NCBI GenBank assembly: GCA_000002435.2
Contig: CM018790.1
Strand: one strand, 5' to 3'
DNA length: 64,000 nt
Source of the DNA: Giardia intestinalis
Lineage: Eukaryota
The position numbers were made by a program, and so were the translations under genes. Numbering within the stretch: the stretch's first letter is position 1; each line of letters begins with the position of its first letter. Below, one piece after another: positions 39,141 through 50,519 of the stretch. The notes below the pieces were generated by a model that was not told where the DNA came from, searched no databases, and worked only from the letters and a program-made list of their open reading frames with translations.

Positions 39141-42100
39141 ATGCCACCGTGCACAGTGGAGCTATCCTTGTACTTTCTTGCCTGGGATAAGGTATATGCG
39201 TATTTGCGCTATAGAGATTTACCAATCTTCAATAAGACTGGCAGGCACGAACCGCTCGGTGTGTTTTTCCCTGCCGGACGTCCGTGTCTCATTAAGTACC
39301 AAAACGTTGAGCTGGCCGGGGAAAAGCTTGATGCAGAGTGGTCTGCTGCCTGCAAACCCACAGCTAGCTCTCCAAAAATGCTTTTTATATCTGATCATGC
39401 AGAGCCAGTCGAGGGCCTGTCTGAGCTTAGCCTTGCTGCGGTCTACTCTGTTGGCGGAGACATCTTTTTTGGTGACAGGAGCTTCCTGATATCTAGATTT
39501 GAAGGCTTTTTTCCCATACCAGAGATGTACGCCACATCGGCTGCTCAACTTAGCGGATTTGAATTTATTGTAAAGGACGTTCACCTATATATCTCCAAGG
39601 CTCTGCTAATTGCTTTGCATTCGGGCGACTCTGCTGCTTTGAACGCTCTTCCAGAACAGGGTGTTTTGCACCAGATGAGAACGTCCATTCGAGGAATTTC
39701 GTCTCTGAGCGCGTCACTTGTGGCATCTGTGGAGCTCCAGGAACAGGAGTACAACGAGAACCTGGAGGCACTTGCTACCCTTATAGTTCCCGAGAGTGTT
39801 CAACGTTCTTCCTCCTGTCCCGATTCTGAGTCTAGCTTGTTTACACAATTGGCTAGTTTGCTTGGAGATGTTTTTATGCCGATCTATCTGTTTGATTTCT
39901 CTAAGGGAAAGCCACCCTCTGTCGATTCGTCAGAACCCACTTTGCAAGCATACCAGGGAGAAAGGTTCTTCATTTCTCTTGTTGCTGATGTCGAGGTATA
40001 TAGTAAGCCCAGCAGCTTGACGTGGATTCACAGGACAACAACGCCGTGCTTTTGCGGCACCACTTTACGCTTTTTTCTCGATGACATGTATAAGATAATT
40101 CAGTTATTTTTTCAAAAAATTGAGCTACAGCCGGTTATTTATTTATACCCTGCGGCCACAATGAATGATTGCAACGCAGAAATAGACCTTGTTCAGTATT
40201 CTTCTAAATCAGGGTTGTTTGGGGCAGTTGTTTTAGTTCCCTTCCTTTGCACGCACGCGTTTCTATCGTCTGCGGAAGCTTGCATTGATGTAGCTGCTAA
40301 TATCTTTACTTATTGCTTTCTGTCCTGGGCGGTTAGCTCTATTCTCTCATATAGTACGACGCATACCAGAATGAAGAGCTCCCTGACGGATTTCTTCATG
40401 CTGTCCCTTTTCTATCAATATAAGTCTTTAATTCTATCGTTTCTAAGCGATTCCGGACTCTGCATGGACGCCTATCATACCTATGACCCACAACTCTTGG
40501 AATACACCGCTATCGACAGGCTGATGAAAGATATACATGCACTACGGCAGATGACGTATTACAGATATGATCGGAGGCTTGATCTGCAAATTTATGAGTT
40601 CATAATCTCTCTCCACAAGAGCGCGTCTCTTGATCTATACAGCTCTCAGACGTCTAGTAAGTATCTCAGTGACATGGCAAAGCTGCTTGCGTTTTCTTTG
40701 AGCCTGGATCTTCCATCCAGTATTCTCACAAACACCTGGGCGCAAGATAACATCATAAAAGAGGTTGAGTGTGCGTTTTTCTCTCCAATCCTGACACGAT
40801 ATGTCGCATTACACGATGGTTCCCATGCACTGCATACCAAGAATCGCACCGCTACGTCCTCTAACTCGCACATGAGCTTCTTGCCGACGGTGATGTTTGT
40901 TTGCGGACCAACCGACAAGACCTATGCAACTTACTTTGAACAGCATGCAGATCCAGTACGTTCCATTTTCTCGCGGCCACCTCAATCTGGTTCATCTCAG
41001 AACTCCGTTTTTTCTTGCTTAAAGACCTTGCTACTGCTTCCTAGTAATGTCATTGGATTATCTTCCTCATGTCCACAGTTAAGATCTATGAAGGACGTCC
41101 TCATGGATACTAAGGACGTCTTTGCGGAGATTGCTACTTACTTGAGTCCGCCGATGACATACACGTTTTCTCTTCTTGAAAATGATCACATCAAGCTTAC
41201 TACGTACTCTAAGCATGTCATTTTGTCCGCCTCTACCATCTATGCGCAGTTCTATTCTAAGCTATATACTCTTCCACAAGTCACCGTGCAATCTGAGCTA
41301 CTAAGATTGGCCGAAAGTCTATCAATTATTAATACAATACCCTCGAAATTATCATGTCTTTTCTGCCCCCATTACACGCGAAATGCATTTTTTCTTCAAA
41401 TCATGACTCCTAAGGCACTTAAATCCCTGCACCAGCAAGAGATGCCTGACGATGGACAAGTCAAGGCCCCAGATGGGATCTTGTGTATTGGCACTGCTGC
41501 CCAAGAATGTTCTCAATCCCTCTCCGCAGCGGTTGAGCTGACGAAGATCATCAGCTCCACACACAACCAGGCTAGAGTGCTGGAGCAACTATACACGGGG
41601 TCTCACCACGAAGACCGTCATCTGTCTATGTTGACTCACTTTGACTCTAATTTCTCAATACCCTTTTCTAGCCTAAGGCTTTTACTCGACAAGAAGGTTC
41701 AAAATGAGCGGCCTATAGTGGTGTTCAAAGCAGAGCTTAACTTAATTTTCAAAAGCATTAGCGCAAGCACCGGTGAGTACTTTTCTACCAGTGGGGCCTC
41801 ATCTCCGGCACCTCTTACTGACGTTATGTTTGTGCACATCCTCCATCCAGGCTCATTTAGAGACCTTGCTAAAGTCTTCTATGCTAGAGACTTCTCTAAT
41901 TTGCAATTGAATTCTGGCATTGTAGTGTCCTATCCTTCTACCAACTGCTTTGTCGCACGGCATGCACGAAGCGGTATTCTTGGCATAGTTGAACCTTTTC
42001 TGCTGTTTGTCTGCCCCCGTGGTAATCCACCCGATCCATTGCGGCTCGTAGAGGCTTTGAATATGTCTGCCAGAAACGCACATCTGCATTTCCTATACAA

Positions 42101-44150
42101 AATTGGGGCGGAGCTCTCCCAGATGGGCACCATCAACGCTGATTTAATAGACATCATCATGTCCACTGTGGAGACGCAAGGAATCTTCAGCCAGCTCAGT
42201 ATCTATTTCCTTGTTATGTCCAAGCTTCTCTTCGTTCTTAGAAGCATTATTTTGAATGAAACCTCATCTGTAACCTCGTCCCTGCGACGGGCAGCAGCCT
42301 CTTATCTTTATCTCATTGGTGACCGCGTCTGGTTGATAGACTACCTGACCACCCTTTTACGGATCATCCGACACTATACAGACCAATCTTCTGCTATTGT
42401 TGCAGCCGGTATAGTCAAGTCACTACTGCCTATCTTTTGCCGGGTGGACGCAGGCCTCTACCTGCTGCTGCAGCTTTGTATTCGAGGTGTCTGTAGCAAG
42501 GAGCGCAAGGCACTGGATACTAATCGTGACGGACTTAGAACTGTGGTATTAACAGACGCAGAGTGCCGCTGCAACTTAGTTTATAATATGGATTTCTGTG
42601 CACAAGTCCTGCGCAATGCGGCCATCTTTTCCTACACTAGAGCCACTGGTCCCACGGTGTCATCATTCGACTTGCAGCGCTCCTGTTCGCCAACCTGCTT
42701 GTGTGATCTAGATGGGCAGAAGTTGTCGTCTGGCTGTGAGGGCAAGCCAAAAACAGCGTGTACCCTCCGGACCATGCTCGGCATTCGGCAAAAGGTGACA
42801 GACCTCATCGATCTGTTGATGAATCCCGCATCGGTACACAGTCTCAGGGTTATAAAGTCTCTCGATGACGTGTCAGAATTGGTACAGTCCGTTTTATTCT
42901 ATGCAGTAACGCGTATCCGTCTATTTTCTGAAATGGAGTGGCTATTGAAGCTCCCATCCATATGCGAGACCATATATATCTATATAGGTAGGTATTCAGA
43001 AGGCACTGATCTCCTGTGCACCCAATCAGATATTGCTAAGTGCCCTGAGCCCATCAGGACGAAGGTCCAAACAATTCACTTTCAAATGCTTGCCAATCTA
43101 TTATCCATACCGGTAAAGCAACATGCGCTCGTGGTTGTTGAACAAGCTGAACGTAGCTCTTCACCCTATTGGACCACCATGCACCAGCTGCTTTCTCACT
43201 TAGTGCATGTCAATGTACCAATTAGCGAGTTCACCCTATCATCTGTGCTGCACCTACTGGTCAAGTTAGGGACAGACCTACACTTAGCTCCACAGTGCCG
43301 ACAAATGGCACTTCAACTGGCGTACATACTGCTATCACGCACTAACGTTGTAACACCTGTAGCACCAGCTCACTTTTTATACATAAACATTATCATAGGC
43401 GCTTTTGGGACTCGCAGGGCGATCCACTCTTTGACGTTTCTGGAATGGACGCTTGAGGTCCAACCCTACATTACGTACTTTATGAATAATTTTGGAGGCT
43501 ACGCGTTCAACCCCCAGCGGCCCTCTATTCCGCGCATTTTCTCATTCATGGAGCCAGCCTGTCCCGATTGTTTCTTCGGCACATGCACATGTTCATTTCT
43601 TTCTGATTCGTTGTACTATAGGAGCGTCAGGGAGATGGCTCATGAACCGTTCCTGAAGAAGATGCTTGCGCTAGGCCAGACGGTCCTTTCTATGATGAAC
43701 ATGCCTATAGCCATTTGCGGGGACATGCGGATATATGAGGACTATGAACAATCATTTACATCACGAATTGAGGAGCTGCGCAAGCCGCGGATTGAAGAGC
43801 GAATGGACTTCATAGCAAAAATTATGCGGAGCCCGGAGGAGCCACAGGATGTGGACAACCCGTCGCAGCAAATGCTGACAAGCACGGAGCTGGCCCGAGA
43901 AGAGATGCGATTAATTCAAGGATACTGTATGCATTCTCAAGACGGAGAGCTCCGCTTGTTGGCACAGCATGTTCTGAAGCTAATCACCTTGATATTGGGG
44001 GACACAATTGCAAAGTATGATGTCCCTGGGACGGGAAAACTTATTCTTCGTGACGCACCCCATAAAAATAAAATGCTGGACAAGTCGGAATTAGTTCTAA
44101 TACACTTCAGAGACAGATGCATCTGTATGAGATCATATTCCAACCCCTAA
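39141..44150 (+). CDS. Large hypothetical protein, 1669 aa. The N-terminus may be beta-rich, followed by a helical solenoid.
   Basis: Uninterrupted ATG ORF. Ends 5 bp before the stop of the convergent Dopey-like gene. Confidence 0.75.
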   Translation: MPPCTVELSLYFLAWDKVYAYLRYRDLPIFNKTGRHEPLGVFFPAGRPCLIKYQNVELAGEKLDAEWSAACKPTASSPKMLFISDHAEPVEGLSELSLAAVYSVGGDIFFGDRSFLISRFEGFFPIPEMYATSAAQLSGFEFIVKDVHLYISKALLIALHSGDSAALNALPEQGVLHQMRTSIRGISSLSASLVASVELQEQEYNENLEALATLIVPESVQRSSSCPDSESSLFTQLASLLGDVFMPIYLFDFSKGKPPSVDSSEPTLQAYQGERFFISLVADVEVYSKPSSLTWIHRTTTPCFCGTTLRFFLDDMYKIIQLFFQKIELQPVIYLYPAATMNDCNAEIDLVQYSSKSGLFGAVVLVPFLCTHAFLSSAEACIDVAANIFTYCFLSWAVSSILSYSTTHTRMKSSLTDFFMLSLFYQYKSLILSFLSDSGLCMDAYHTYDPQLLEYTAIDRLMKDIHALRQMTYYRYDRRLDLQIYEFIISLHKSASLDLYSSQTSSKYLSDMAKLLAFSLSLDLPSSILTNTWAQDNIIKEVECAFFSPILTRYVALHDGSHALHTKNRTATSSNSHMSFLPTVMFVCGPTDKTYATYFEQHADPVRSIFSRPPQSGSSQNSVFSCLKTLLLLPSNVIGLSSSCPQLRSMKDVLMDTKDVFAEIATYLSPPMTYTFSLLENDHIKLTTYSKHVILSASTIYAQFYSKLYTLPQVTVQSELLRLAESLSIINTIPSKLSCLFCPHYTRNAFFLQIMTPKALKSLHQQEMPDDGQVKAPDGILCIGTAAQECSQSLSAAVELTKIISSTHNQARVLEQLYTGSHHEDRHLSMLTHFDSNFSIPFSSLRLLLDKKVQNERPIVVFKAELNLIFKSISASTGEYFSTSGASSPAPLTDVMFVHILHPGSFRDLAKVFYARDFSNLQLNSGIVVSYPSTNCFVARHARSGILGIVEPFLLFVCPRGNPPDPLRLVEALNMSARNAHLHFLYKIGAELSQMGTINADLIDIIMSTVETQGIFSQLSIYFLVMSKLLFVLRSIILNETSSVTSSLRRAAASYLYLIGDRVWLIDYLTTLLRIIRHYTDQSSAIVAAGIVKSLLPIFCRVDAGLYLLLQLCIRGVCSKERKALDTNRDGLRTVVLTDAECRCNLVYNMDFCAQVLRNAAIFSYTRATGPTVSSFDLQRSCSPTCLCDLDGQKLSSGCEGKPKTACTLRTMLGIRQKVTDLIDLLMNPASVHSLRVIKSLDDVSELVQSVLFYAVTRIRLFSEMEWLLKLPSICETIYIYIGRYSEGTDLLCTQSDIAKCPEPIRTKVQTIHFQMLANLLSIPVKQHALVVVEQAERSSSPYWTTMHQLLSHLVHVNVPISEFTLSSVLHLLVKLGTDLHLAPQCRQMALQLAYILLSRTNVVTPVAPAHFLYINIIIGAFGTRRAIHSLTFLEWTLEVQPYITYFMNNFGGYAFNPQRPSIPRIFSFMEPACPDCFFGTCTCSFLSDSLYYRSVREMAHEPFLKKMLALGQTVLSMMNMPIAICGDMRIYEDYEQSFTSRIEELRKPRIEERMDFIAKIMRSPEEPQDVDNPSQQMLTSTELAREEMRLIQGYCMHSQDGELRLLAQHVLKLITLILGDTIAKYDVPGTGKLILRDAPHKNKMLDKSELVLIHFRDRCICMRSYSNP

Positions 44151-44155
44151 CATGA

Positions 44156-47100
44156 TTACGTGCAGAGCAGCGTGCAGACTTGGTTGAGAGCATCGCAAAT
44201 AGTATCATGGAGGCCTATTTTCTTGGTAGAGCTGTCTAACATTGATACAGACCAAGAGATTCTCTTGAACCTCTCACCAAGTGTACTCTGAATCAGCGAA
44301 ACAGTTCCGTTTATAGTCCTTCTGGTTGGAAGGAACTTTCCAGCGGAGTCCGTCGTGTTCTTGCCCGAGTGATTAGATGTACGTGCTGAGTTTACCACTT
44401 TCATGGCAAAGTTTAAAGCGGTATTTAAAGAGAGAATTAGGCTGTGAACCTCAGTACTCATTTCAGCAGGAACATTGGCTATGCATGCGTTGATAAGGAA
44501 CAATTTCCCGTAAAGTTTGCAGACTCCGGCACGCAAAACAATTTGAGAAGACGCTGTCTCTGATGCTCCCTTCCCTGGCTTACCACTTAGGATTGCCGTA
44601 TCAGGCAGGTACTCCTTCGTTTGATTGAAGACGTTATCAAGATAGGTTTGTAATGTGCCTAAGAGCTCGGTGCAGTATTTTGTAAGCACTTCCTTTGCTT
44701 GGTGAGTATCTGCAAAATGGTATATTATTTTTGCCAACACAAACGACTTAATCATATCTTCAGATATCCTAGAGACGCTAAGAATAAGATTATCTCTGTC
44801 CTTGTTTCCTAGTAAGTCTATCATATCTGTAAGTTCGGTGCTTGTCACTGTCGCAACTATTTTTTTACACTGAGCCATGCTTATCCTTTTAGGCACAACA
44901 CCTTTCGCTAACTTATCAGCTACTCCTTCTAGGGTTAAAGCGGTGGAACGCCCCATGATTTGGGCTAGACTGTTGAACGCTGTACTCTGCAAGAGAATGC
45001 ACAGCACTTCTGGAGCAACTACTATCTGTGCAATGATATCAGCAATGAGCTGGGAGTCGCTGGCGAAAGAAATATGAGCCAAAAGCTGCACTACGTGCAT
45101 AGCAAAGTCTGCTACTCCTGCTGAGACCTTTTTAGGGGTTTTTAGGAAGTTCAGTTCTTTCAGAAGAAACAAAATCTGATGGCATACCGTGGAGGCGAGC
45201 TTGGTTCCTGCCTGCTTATCTGTTGGAGTGCTTGCATGGGTGAGTTGTCGGGTCACGGCTATGGCAGAAGGTTCCATCTGAAGTATGTCCAGCACATCCA
45301 TTGACCCTGCGCCTGCAAGCACTATTAGTGCAATGTGGTCTAAAACGATATTAGGCGATTTGATGCGAGTCCCGTCTGTCAGCTTCTTCAGCTGTAGCTC
45401 GATAATGAACTTTGTTCTCTCCATGAGGATATCCTTAATGGATTGCAAAACCTTCTCGTCTGCCGAGGGGGTTGTCTTAGATTGGCAGTGGGCTAGAATA
45501 GAGTGCGCAAGGGAAATACAGCGAGCCAACGCTAAGAGATAGTCTATTGACATGTACGCACTTATGCTAAACAGAGAGTGCTCATTGGTGGAGGACACTA
45601 CCTTTAGTATTTTGGGTAACTTTAACCCAGTGCTTGTTGCATTCATAGTCATTGTAGACGATGATGCCACTGAAGTCATCTGAGCTGTGAATGCAGTATC
45701 AGCAAGGAAGCCTCCAGGTGCTCCAAACTCAATACCGAACGTTGACCTGGTTAACCTGGTGATTGCAGGAAGTAGCGTCGCGTTGCAATCATTGAGCGTC
45801 TGAGTGGTGAACAAGAGCACAGTGATAAGGTCTATTACATATCTTGATACCAAGGGAGTGGAGCCCACAGCTATTGTTCCCATAGCCTCGGACTGAAATG
45901 CAACCATGAAAAGGTCTAATGCGTCACGACCGTTCATCCCACTAAGAGACACCAGCAACTCGCGTAGTGGTCTATTCACCACCTGGTTAACCTCTGGGTA
46001 AGGGCGTGTTTGGAGGTTGTACATAAGATCCTGCACAGATAAGAACGCCAGAAGAAGGCTCTGGGCAGAGAGTCTAACGGCGCCACAGGAAGGGCTGTCT
46101 GGTGCAGAGAGCGTGTTATCGCATCCTGTATCCAAAAAGGGCTTTATGAGGAAGTAATATATGTAATGAGACTTTTCTTTTCCAGCAATGAGGAGACATC
46201 CAAGAGCGTAGTGATAAGAATTGTAACACAAAAGAGGCTTCAGCACACGGTCGAAGATAGTCTTAGTGTTTGCGCTATTCTTTAGGCACAATCGTAGCGC
46301 CACACGCAGTAGTCGGGGGTATGCATATATGACTTGAAAATCTCCCGAAAATGGCGTTACAACCTCTTTGTTGATGTGCTTGGCCTGAGTCTCAAAGGCT
46401 AGTGCAGAGATTCCCGGTGTTTGTGGGGTCTTTTTATAGCTATAGAACACTAGAATCCGCACCACTGAACTAAGATAAGACAAGAGATTAGAGTCTAGGA
46501 CATAGTCGTTCAATATACCGTACAGGAGGAACCAAGCAAATAAGCACAGCGGCTGGAGGCGACACGGTGCGGGCAAGAATGCACGTTTATCCATTCCTGC
46601 CTTCCTTGTTGATCCGTCAGGGCCATTTGCAAGGATCTCCTTGAAAGACTTATCCCAATCTTTTGTTAGAGTATTAGTGGATTCCTTGATTGTGGAGCAA
46701 AAGGGAGCCACCTCGATAACGTGTTTGTATTCCAACAACAGCTGCTGAAGGGGAGCTCCTGGAATACCTAGTAAGTCTGCGGGCAAGTCAGCGGTTGAGG
46801 ATGTATTTGTGAACTGGCTAGCCTCTGCTGCTGTTATCTGATACAATATGTTGAGTCTCTCAAACGTTGCCAATGTCGCAGAGACCAAGCGAGGGTTCCT
46901 TTGCATAAAGGAAAAGAAGGTCTGTTGCGGAGATGAGAGCACTTGAAAGTAACGTACAAGAAAAAGCGTGGTCCTGGAAGAGGTGCCATAGATCGTCTTT
47001 CCAGAGGCACACAGGTGGGAGAAAACGTCAAAGCTTGCGTTCAAAAGACAAATAAATACGTCTGTAAGAAGGGGCGAAAGAGTGTCTGAATGCCTGATCA

Positions 47101-50100
47101 ACCCAGAAACTTGCTGCCAAAAGACGTAGGAGAGCTTGTTTATCATTCGAACAAGATGGTTATTCAGCTGATGATCAGAAGAAGCACCCTCCAGCATGGC
47201 GCTAATAAGGCAGCTCAAGCACCTTAGAGCAATCATGCGCGCAGGAAGAAGCACATCGCCTTCAGAGGGTGGACGCTGCGTAGCCAGGAACACCCTGTGC
47301 TCCAAAAGAAGAACAATCAACAAGTCTAGCAGTGCCTCTAGGGGGCTACCTGGGCAGTCCACTGATTCATCCGTGCACAAAAAGCTCCGCGTGAGAGAAG
47401 GATTGAGTAGGCAAACGGTTAGTTTTCCTACCGTTAAATTTTCTATGAGTTTGTGCCCAAAAACCAATACTATATGGGTAAAGGATTGCAAAGAAAAAAC
47501 AAGCCTATCGACATCGACCGGAGAGTTGGATTGCATGGATAAATGTGTGAGACCATCTGTCTTTTCCAAATCGACATCTAAATTAAGACGTGTCTCGCTC
47601 AGTCTAAAGGCCGCATGCAACAGGTAGAGAGACCCATCAAGCGAATCAACTAGAAGCGAGATGATCTTAAAGTATGACGACTGGGTATCAACCGCATCCT
47701 GCCTAGCCATTGTACCTACCATTTCATATATCAAAATGTCAAATGCATCAGGTATAGAGTGCATTTCTATGCATCTCTGTAGAACGTCATACATTAGCAC
47801 AAGTGCAGCTCCGCGCGGCTGCCGTAACTCCTCCATAAGATGGACACTATATTCTTCGGCTAAGCCAGGCAATTGTCGACAAAATAGAAGGGAGAAAAGA
47901 AAAGCCAACACATCCTCCATGACAGGAGAGGGCGAATCACTTTGGCTATAGATGCTCTCACATACGTCAAAAAGGAGCTGAGTAGGGCGACACAAGCTCA
48001 ACTGCTTAAACCTGGCTTCTATTGCTGATGAGGTAGACTCAGTATGGTGCACCGACTTGTCTGAACCCGGTGAATCAACAGACCTTGGGTGGGATAGAAG
48101 CAGATACCCAGCAAAATCTAAATATAGTGAAAGAAATGTGCTATTGAATGCATCGACTGTTATCTGTGGCTGTTCCACGCCGTCAGTTGGCGGTGTGGAC
48201 CAAATTGTGCAATTGACGTCTGATGAACCGAAAAATGCACTTCTCAGCAGAAGAAGCTTCTCGTGGTTGTCCTTGGGAAGTGATGTAACGAAGTTAATAA
48301 ATAGTGGGCTGAATCGTTCAAAGCTTTGGAAAAGGCCAAAGAACAGTAGGTGGATGTGAAGAAGAAAGTAAAGCCGATGAGCACTGTTGAAGCCTGAAGT
48401 CGTGAAGGCCGCATTTCCAAACGAGCAGTACGCAGCCAGTATTTCCAAAAGCGTACTCCTATCCTCGGATTCTGCCTCCAGAACTTTGAGGCAGACCACG
48501 TAAAAGAGCAAATAGAGCGTGTCAATTGGTACGGGATCTGCCTCTGTTTGCCAGTTATCCTCTTGAAAGTTCGGTATTATTGCACCGATAGCCTTCTTGA
48601 CGCACTGCAACAGGTCGTTATATTGGTTGAACAAAACATTGTGCTGTTGTGTCCAGTACTGGCTCTCCGTTAACAGGACCCACAAGAGGTGCCGTGTCGC
48701 CGGTTCTGTACAAACGACGAGTAACTTATTAGCTAATACAAATGTATCTTTGGAACAATTGAGCGAAGCTTTTGTTACGAAACTACTTACTAGGAGAGAG
48801 GCTCCGCTAAAAAGAAGGCTAGCGACTAATTCTACGGCAACCATTGCAAGGTTGCTTCCTACATTGTAAATCTTATCTCCTAATGTGTCCAGAACCGAGT
48901 GCGTAAGCTCGAGAGGTGCTTGTACTGACGCTATGAGACGGGGAAGATAGGAGAGGTATACCTCTAATCGCTGAGCAAACCGGAGATCCGTATGCCTACG
49001 TGTAAAGACTATCTGAGCGTACATGGGTCCCACATGATGGAGAATAAGACCATCGGCACCAGATTCATCCGGTTTATCAGTAGTGAATTTGAGCTTAAGT
49101 GATGGCCATCCGTGAGAGCTTGTTACACAGAGGGAGCGATAAAGCATAACGGTAATATTTGAGGTGGCAGTAAAAAGCTCTGTGAACGCGGCTCCAAGTT
49201 TAGAATACGGAGACACAGTCAAGATATATGGAAGAACACACATCAGTGCATCTATGTATATGGTGGATACGACTGTAGCTTCTTGCAATAGGGGAGCTAG
49301 CAGTTGCAGCACCCCTGTTAAGCGAAGAGGAAGAAAAGTGGCCAGTGCGGTAAGCATACCAGGAGACCCGGCATCCATCGCTGTCAAGTACTGTTCGGCA
49401 CAGCAGAAAAATAGAAGTGCGTTATAAGCATAGCAACTCAAAAGACAATCTGGAACCTCGTCGATAAGATATTTATGGCAGCGGGCTCGAACCCCGGCAT
49501 CATCTATACTGAGGTGAGTAGTGCACGCAAAGAAAAATACGTAATTAGTACACAGATCCTCCAACTTGCGGCAGTCGGTGTCACTCATCGCATTGGGATC
49601 TGAAAGATACTCAATGGAATAGGCTGCAGGGTCATATAAAAGGCTATCTATGTGCAGTAACCGGGGAAGGATATCAAATAACGCCTTCACAAGCACCATG
49701 TCACTATTAGCCAATAGTAAGCGTGAAGCAGTAGCTTTCAACCTAAGCAAATCTATAGCGCATTGTGCGGGAGGCTGCAGATTGAGAAGACATGATTGCT
49801 CAGGGATAGAGGAGGACGCATCTTCCTTTGAAAGATATCGTGAAAGGAGCAGAAAGGCGTTGGTGCGCTCAAGAGTGGTCGCCTGTTCAAAAGCAATCAC
49901 GTCAAGGATGGCTGACATGACCGCCTTGCAGCAGAGGGGGTCCTTCATCCACGAAATGACAAGGTCGAACGTACGAGCAGACAGGGGGTCAGTTTCGACC
50001 ATTTGTACAGAGCAAAGCGAGATTATAATGGAAAAGAACATGGAGGAAAATGCCTTCTTATCCATCCTCTCGTACACAGTCTGGATAATGTCTAGAAGGG

Positions 50101-50446
50101 CTTCTCGTGTCTGTATCTTTGAGAGCGGCATAAAGTCCAAGAGAGGTTGCAGCAGTACATGCGCCGTCCGACTCAAGCCATCTGGTGATTGTAACGTAAG
50201 AAGCAGCTGAATTATTTCCATGCAACAGGCGTGCACTCCTGTCTGCAAATGTGGCAGGAGTCCGTAAGACAGCTTCTGGGAAACCGCGACAGGAGAATAC
50301 AATTCGTCAAACTGGTCGGCACGCTGGACAAGCTCAAGAGTTTTCTGGAAAGCTCTGGCACAGTCCGACCAATCCCTTGCTGTATTGTCGACTTGACTGA
50401 GCATATTCAAGATGCTATTGGTCAACCCAATAGCGACCTTAGCCAT
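44156..50446 (-). CDS. Dopey (DOP1) family protein, 2096 aa.
   Basis: The N-terminal ~170 aa (DWSDCARAFQKTLELV...LLPHLQTGVHACCMEIIQLLL...LLQPLLDFMPL...ALLDIIQTVYERMDKK) tracks the Dopey_N domain (EWADLISALGKL...[21 protein letters not shown]...LFPLL...LLSLYEIYYLPLGK). Very long helical-repeat body. Confidence 0.6.
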   Translation of the reverse strand: MAKVAIGLTNSILNMLSQVDNTARDWSDCARAFQKTLELVQRADQFDELYSPVAVSQKLSYGLLPHLQTGVHACCMEIIQLLLTLQSPDGLSRTAHVLLQPLLDFMPLSKIQTREALLDIIQTVYERMDKKAFSSMFFSIIISLCSVQMVETDPLSARTFDLVISWMKDPLCCKAVMSAILDVIAFEQATTLERTNAFLLLSRYLSKEDASSSIPEQSCLLNLQPPAQCAIDLLRLKATASRLLLANSDMVLVKALFDILPRLLHIDSLLYDPAAYSIEYLSDPNAMSDTDCRKLEDLCTNYVFFFACTTHLSIDDAGVRARCHKYLIDEVPDCLLSCYAYNALLFFCCAEQYLTAMDAGSPGMLTALATFLPLRLTGVLQLLAPLLQEATVVSTIYIDALMCVLPYILTVSPYSKLGAAFTELFTATSNITVMLYRSLCVTSSHGWPSLKLKFTTDKPDESGADGLILHHVGPMYAQIVFTRRHTDLRFAQRLEVYLSYLPRLIASVQAPLELTHSVLDTLGDKIYNVGSNLAMVAVELVASLLFSGASLLVSSFVTKASLNCSKDTFVLANKLLVVCTEPATRHLLWVLLTESQYWTQQHNVLFNQYNDLLQCVKKAIGAIIPNFQEDNWQTEADPVPIDTLYLLFYVVCLKVLEAESEDRSTLLEILAAYCSFGNAAFTTSGFNSAHRLYFLLHIHLLFFGLFQSFERFSPLFINFVTSLPKDNHEKLLLLRSAFFGSSDVNCTIWSTPPTDGVEQPQITVDAFNSTFLSLYLDFAGYLLLSHPRSVDSPGSDKSVHHTESTSSAIEARFKQLSLCRPTQLLFDVCESIYSQSDSPSPVMEDVLAFLFSLLFCRQLPGLAEEYSVHLMEELRQPRGAALVLMYDVLQRCIEMHSIPDAFDILIYEMVGTMARQDAVDTQSSYFKIISLLVDSLDGSLYLLHAAFRLSETRLNLDVDLEKTDGLTHLSMQSNSPVDVDRLVFSLQSFTHIVLVFGHKLIENLTVGKLTVCLLNPSLTRSFLCTDESVDCPGSPLEALLDLLIVLLLEHRVFLATQRPPSEGDVLLPARMIALRCLSCLISAMLEGASSDHQLNNHLVRMINKLSYVFWQQVSGLIRHSDTLSPLLTDVFICLLNASFDVFSHLCASGKTIYGTSSRTTLFLVRYFQVLSSPQQTFFSFMQRNPRLVSATLATFERLNILYQITAAEASQFTNTSSTADLPADLLGIPGAPLQQLLLEYKHVIEVAPFCSTIKESTNTLTKDWDKSFKEILANGPDGSTRKAGMDKRAFLPAPCRLQPLCLFAWFLLYGILNDYVLDSNLLSYLSSVVRILVFYSYKKTPQTPGISALAFETQAKHINKEVVTPFSGDFQVIYAYPRLLRVALRLCLKNSANTKTIFDRVLKPLLCYNSYHYALGCLLIAGKEKSHYIYYFLIKPFLDTGCDNTLSAPDSPSCGAVRLSAQSLLLAFLSVQDLMYNLQTRPYPEVNQVVNRPLRELLVSLSGMNGRDALDLFMVAFQSEAMGTIAVGSTPLVSRYVIDLITVLLFTTQTLNDCNATLLPAITRLTRSTFGIEFGAPGGFLADTAFTAQMTSVASSSTMTMNATSTGLKLPKILKVVSSTNEHSLFSISAYMSIDYLLALARCISLAHSILAHCQSKTTPSADEKVLQSIKDILMERTKFIIELQLKKLTDGTRIKSPNIVLDHIALIVLAGAGSMDVLDILQMEPSAIAVTRQLTHASTPTDKQAGTKLASTVCHQILFLLKELNFLKTPKKVSAGVADFAMHVVQLLAHISFASDSQLIADIIAQIVVAPEVLCILLQSTAFNSLAQIMGRSTALTLEGVADKLAKGVVPKRISMAQCKKIVATVTSTELTDMIDLLGNKDRDNLILSVSRISEDMIKSFVLAKIIYHFADTHQAKEVLTKYCTELLGTLQTYLDNVFNQTKEYLPDTAILSGKPGKGASETASSQIVLRAGVCKLYGKLFLINACIANVPAEMSTEVHSLILSLNTALNFAMKVVNSARTSNHSGKNTTDSAGKFLPTRRTINGTVSLIQSTLGERFKRISWSVSMLDSSTKKIGLHDTICDALNQVCTLLCT

Positions 50447-50519
50447 TGCAAAAACTAAAAAACCTTTCGGTACTCTCTTTCGACACTCTCTCTCGGCGCC
50501 CTTGGTCTAGATATCGAAA

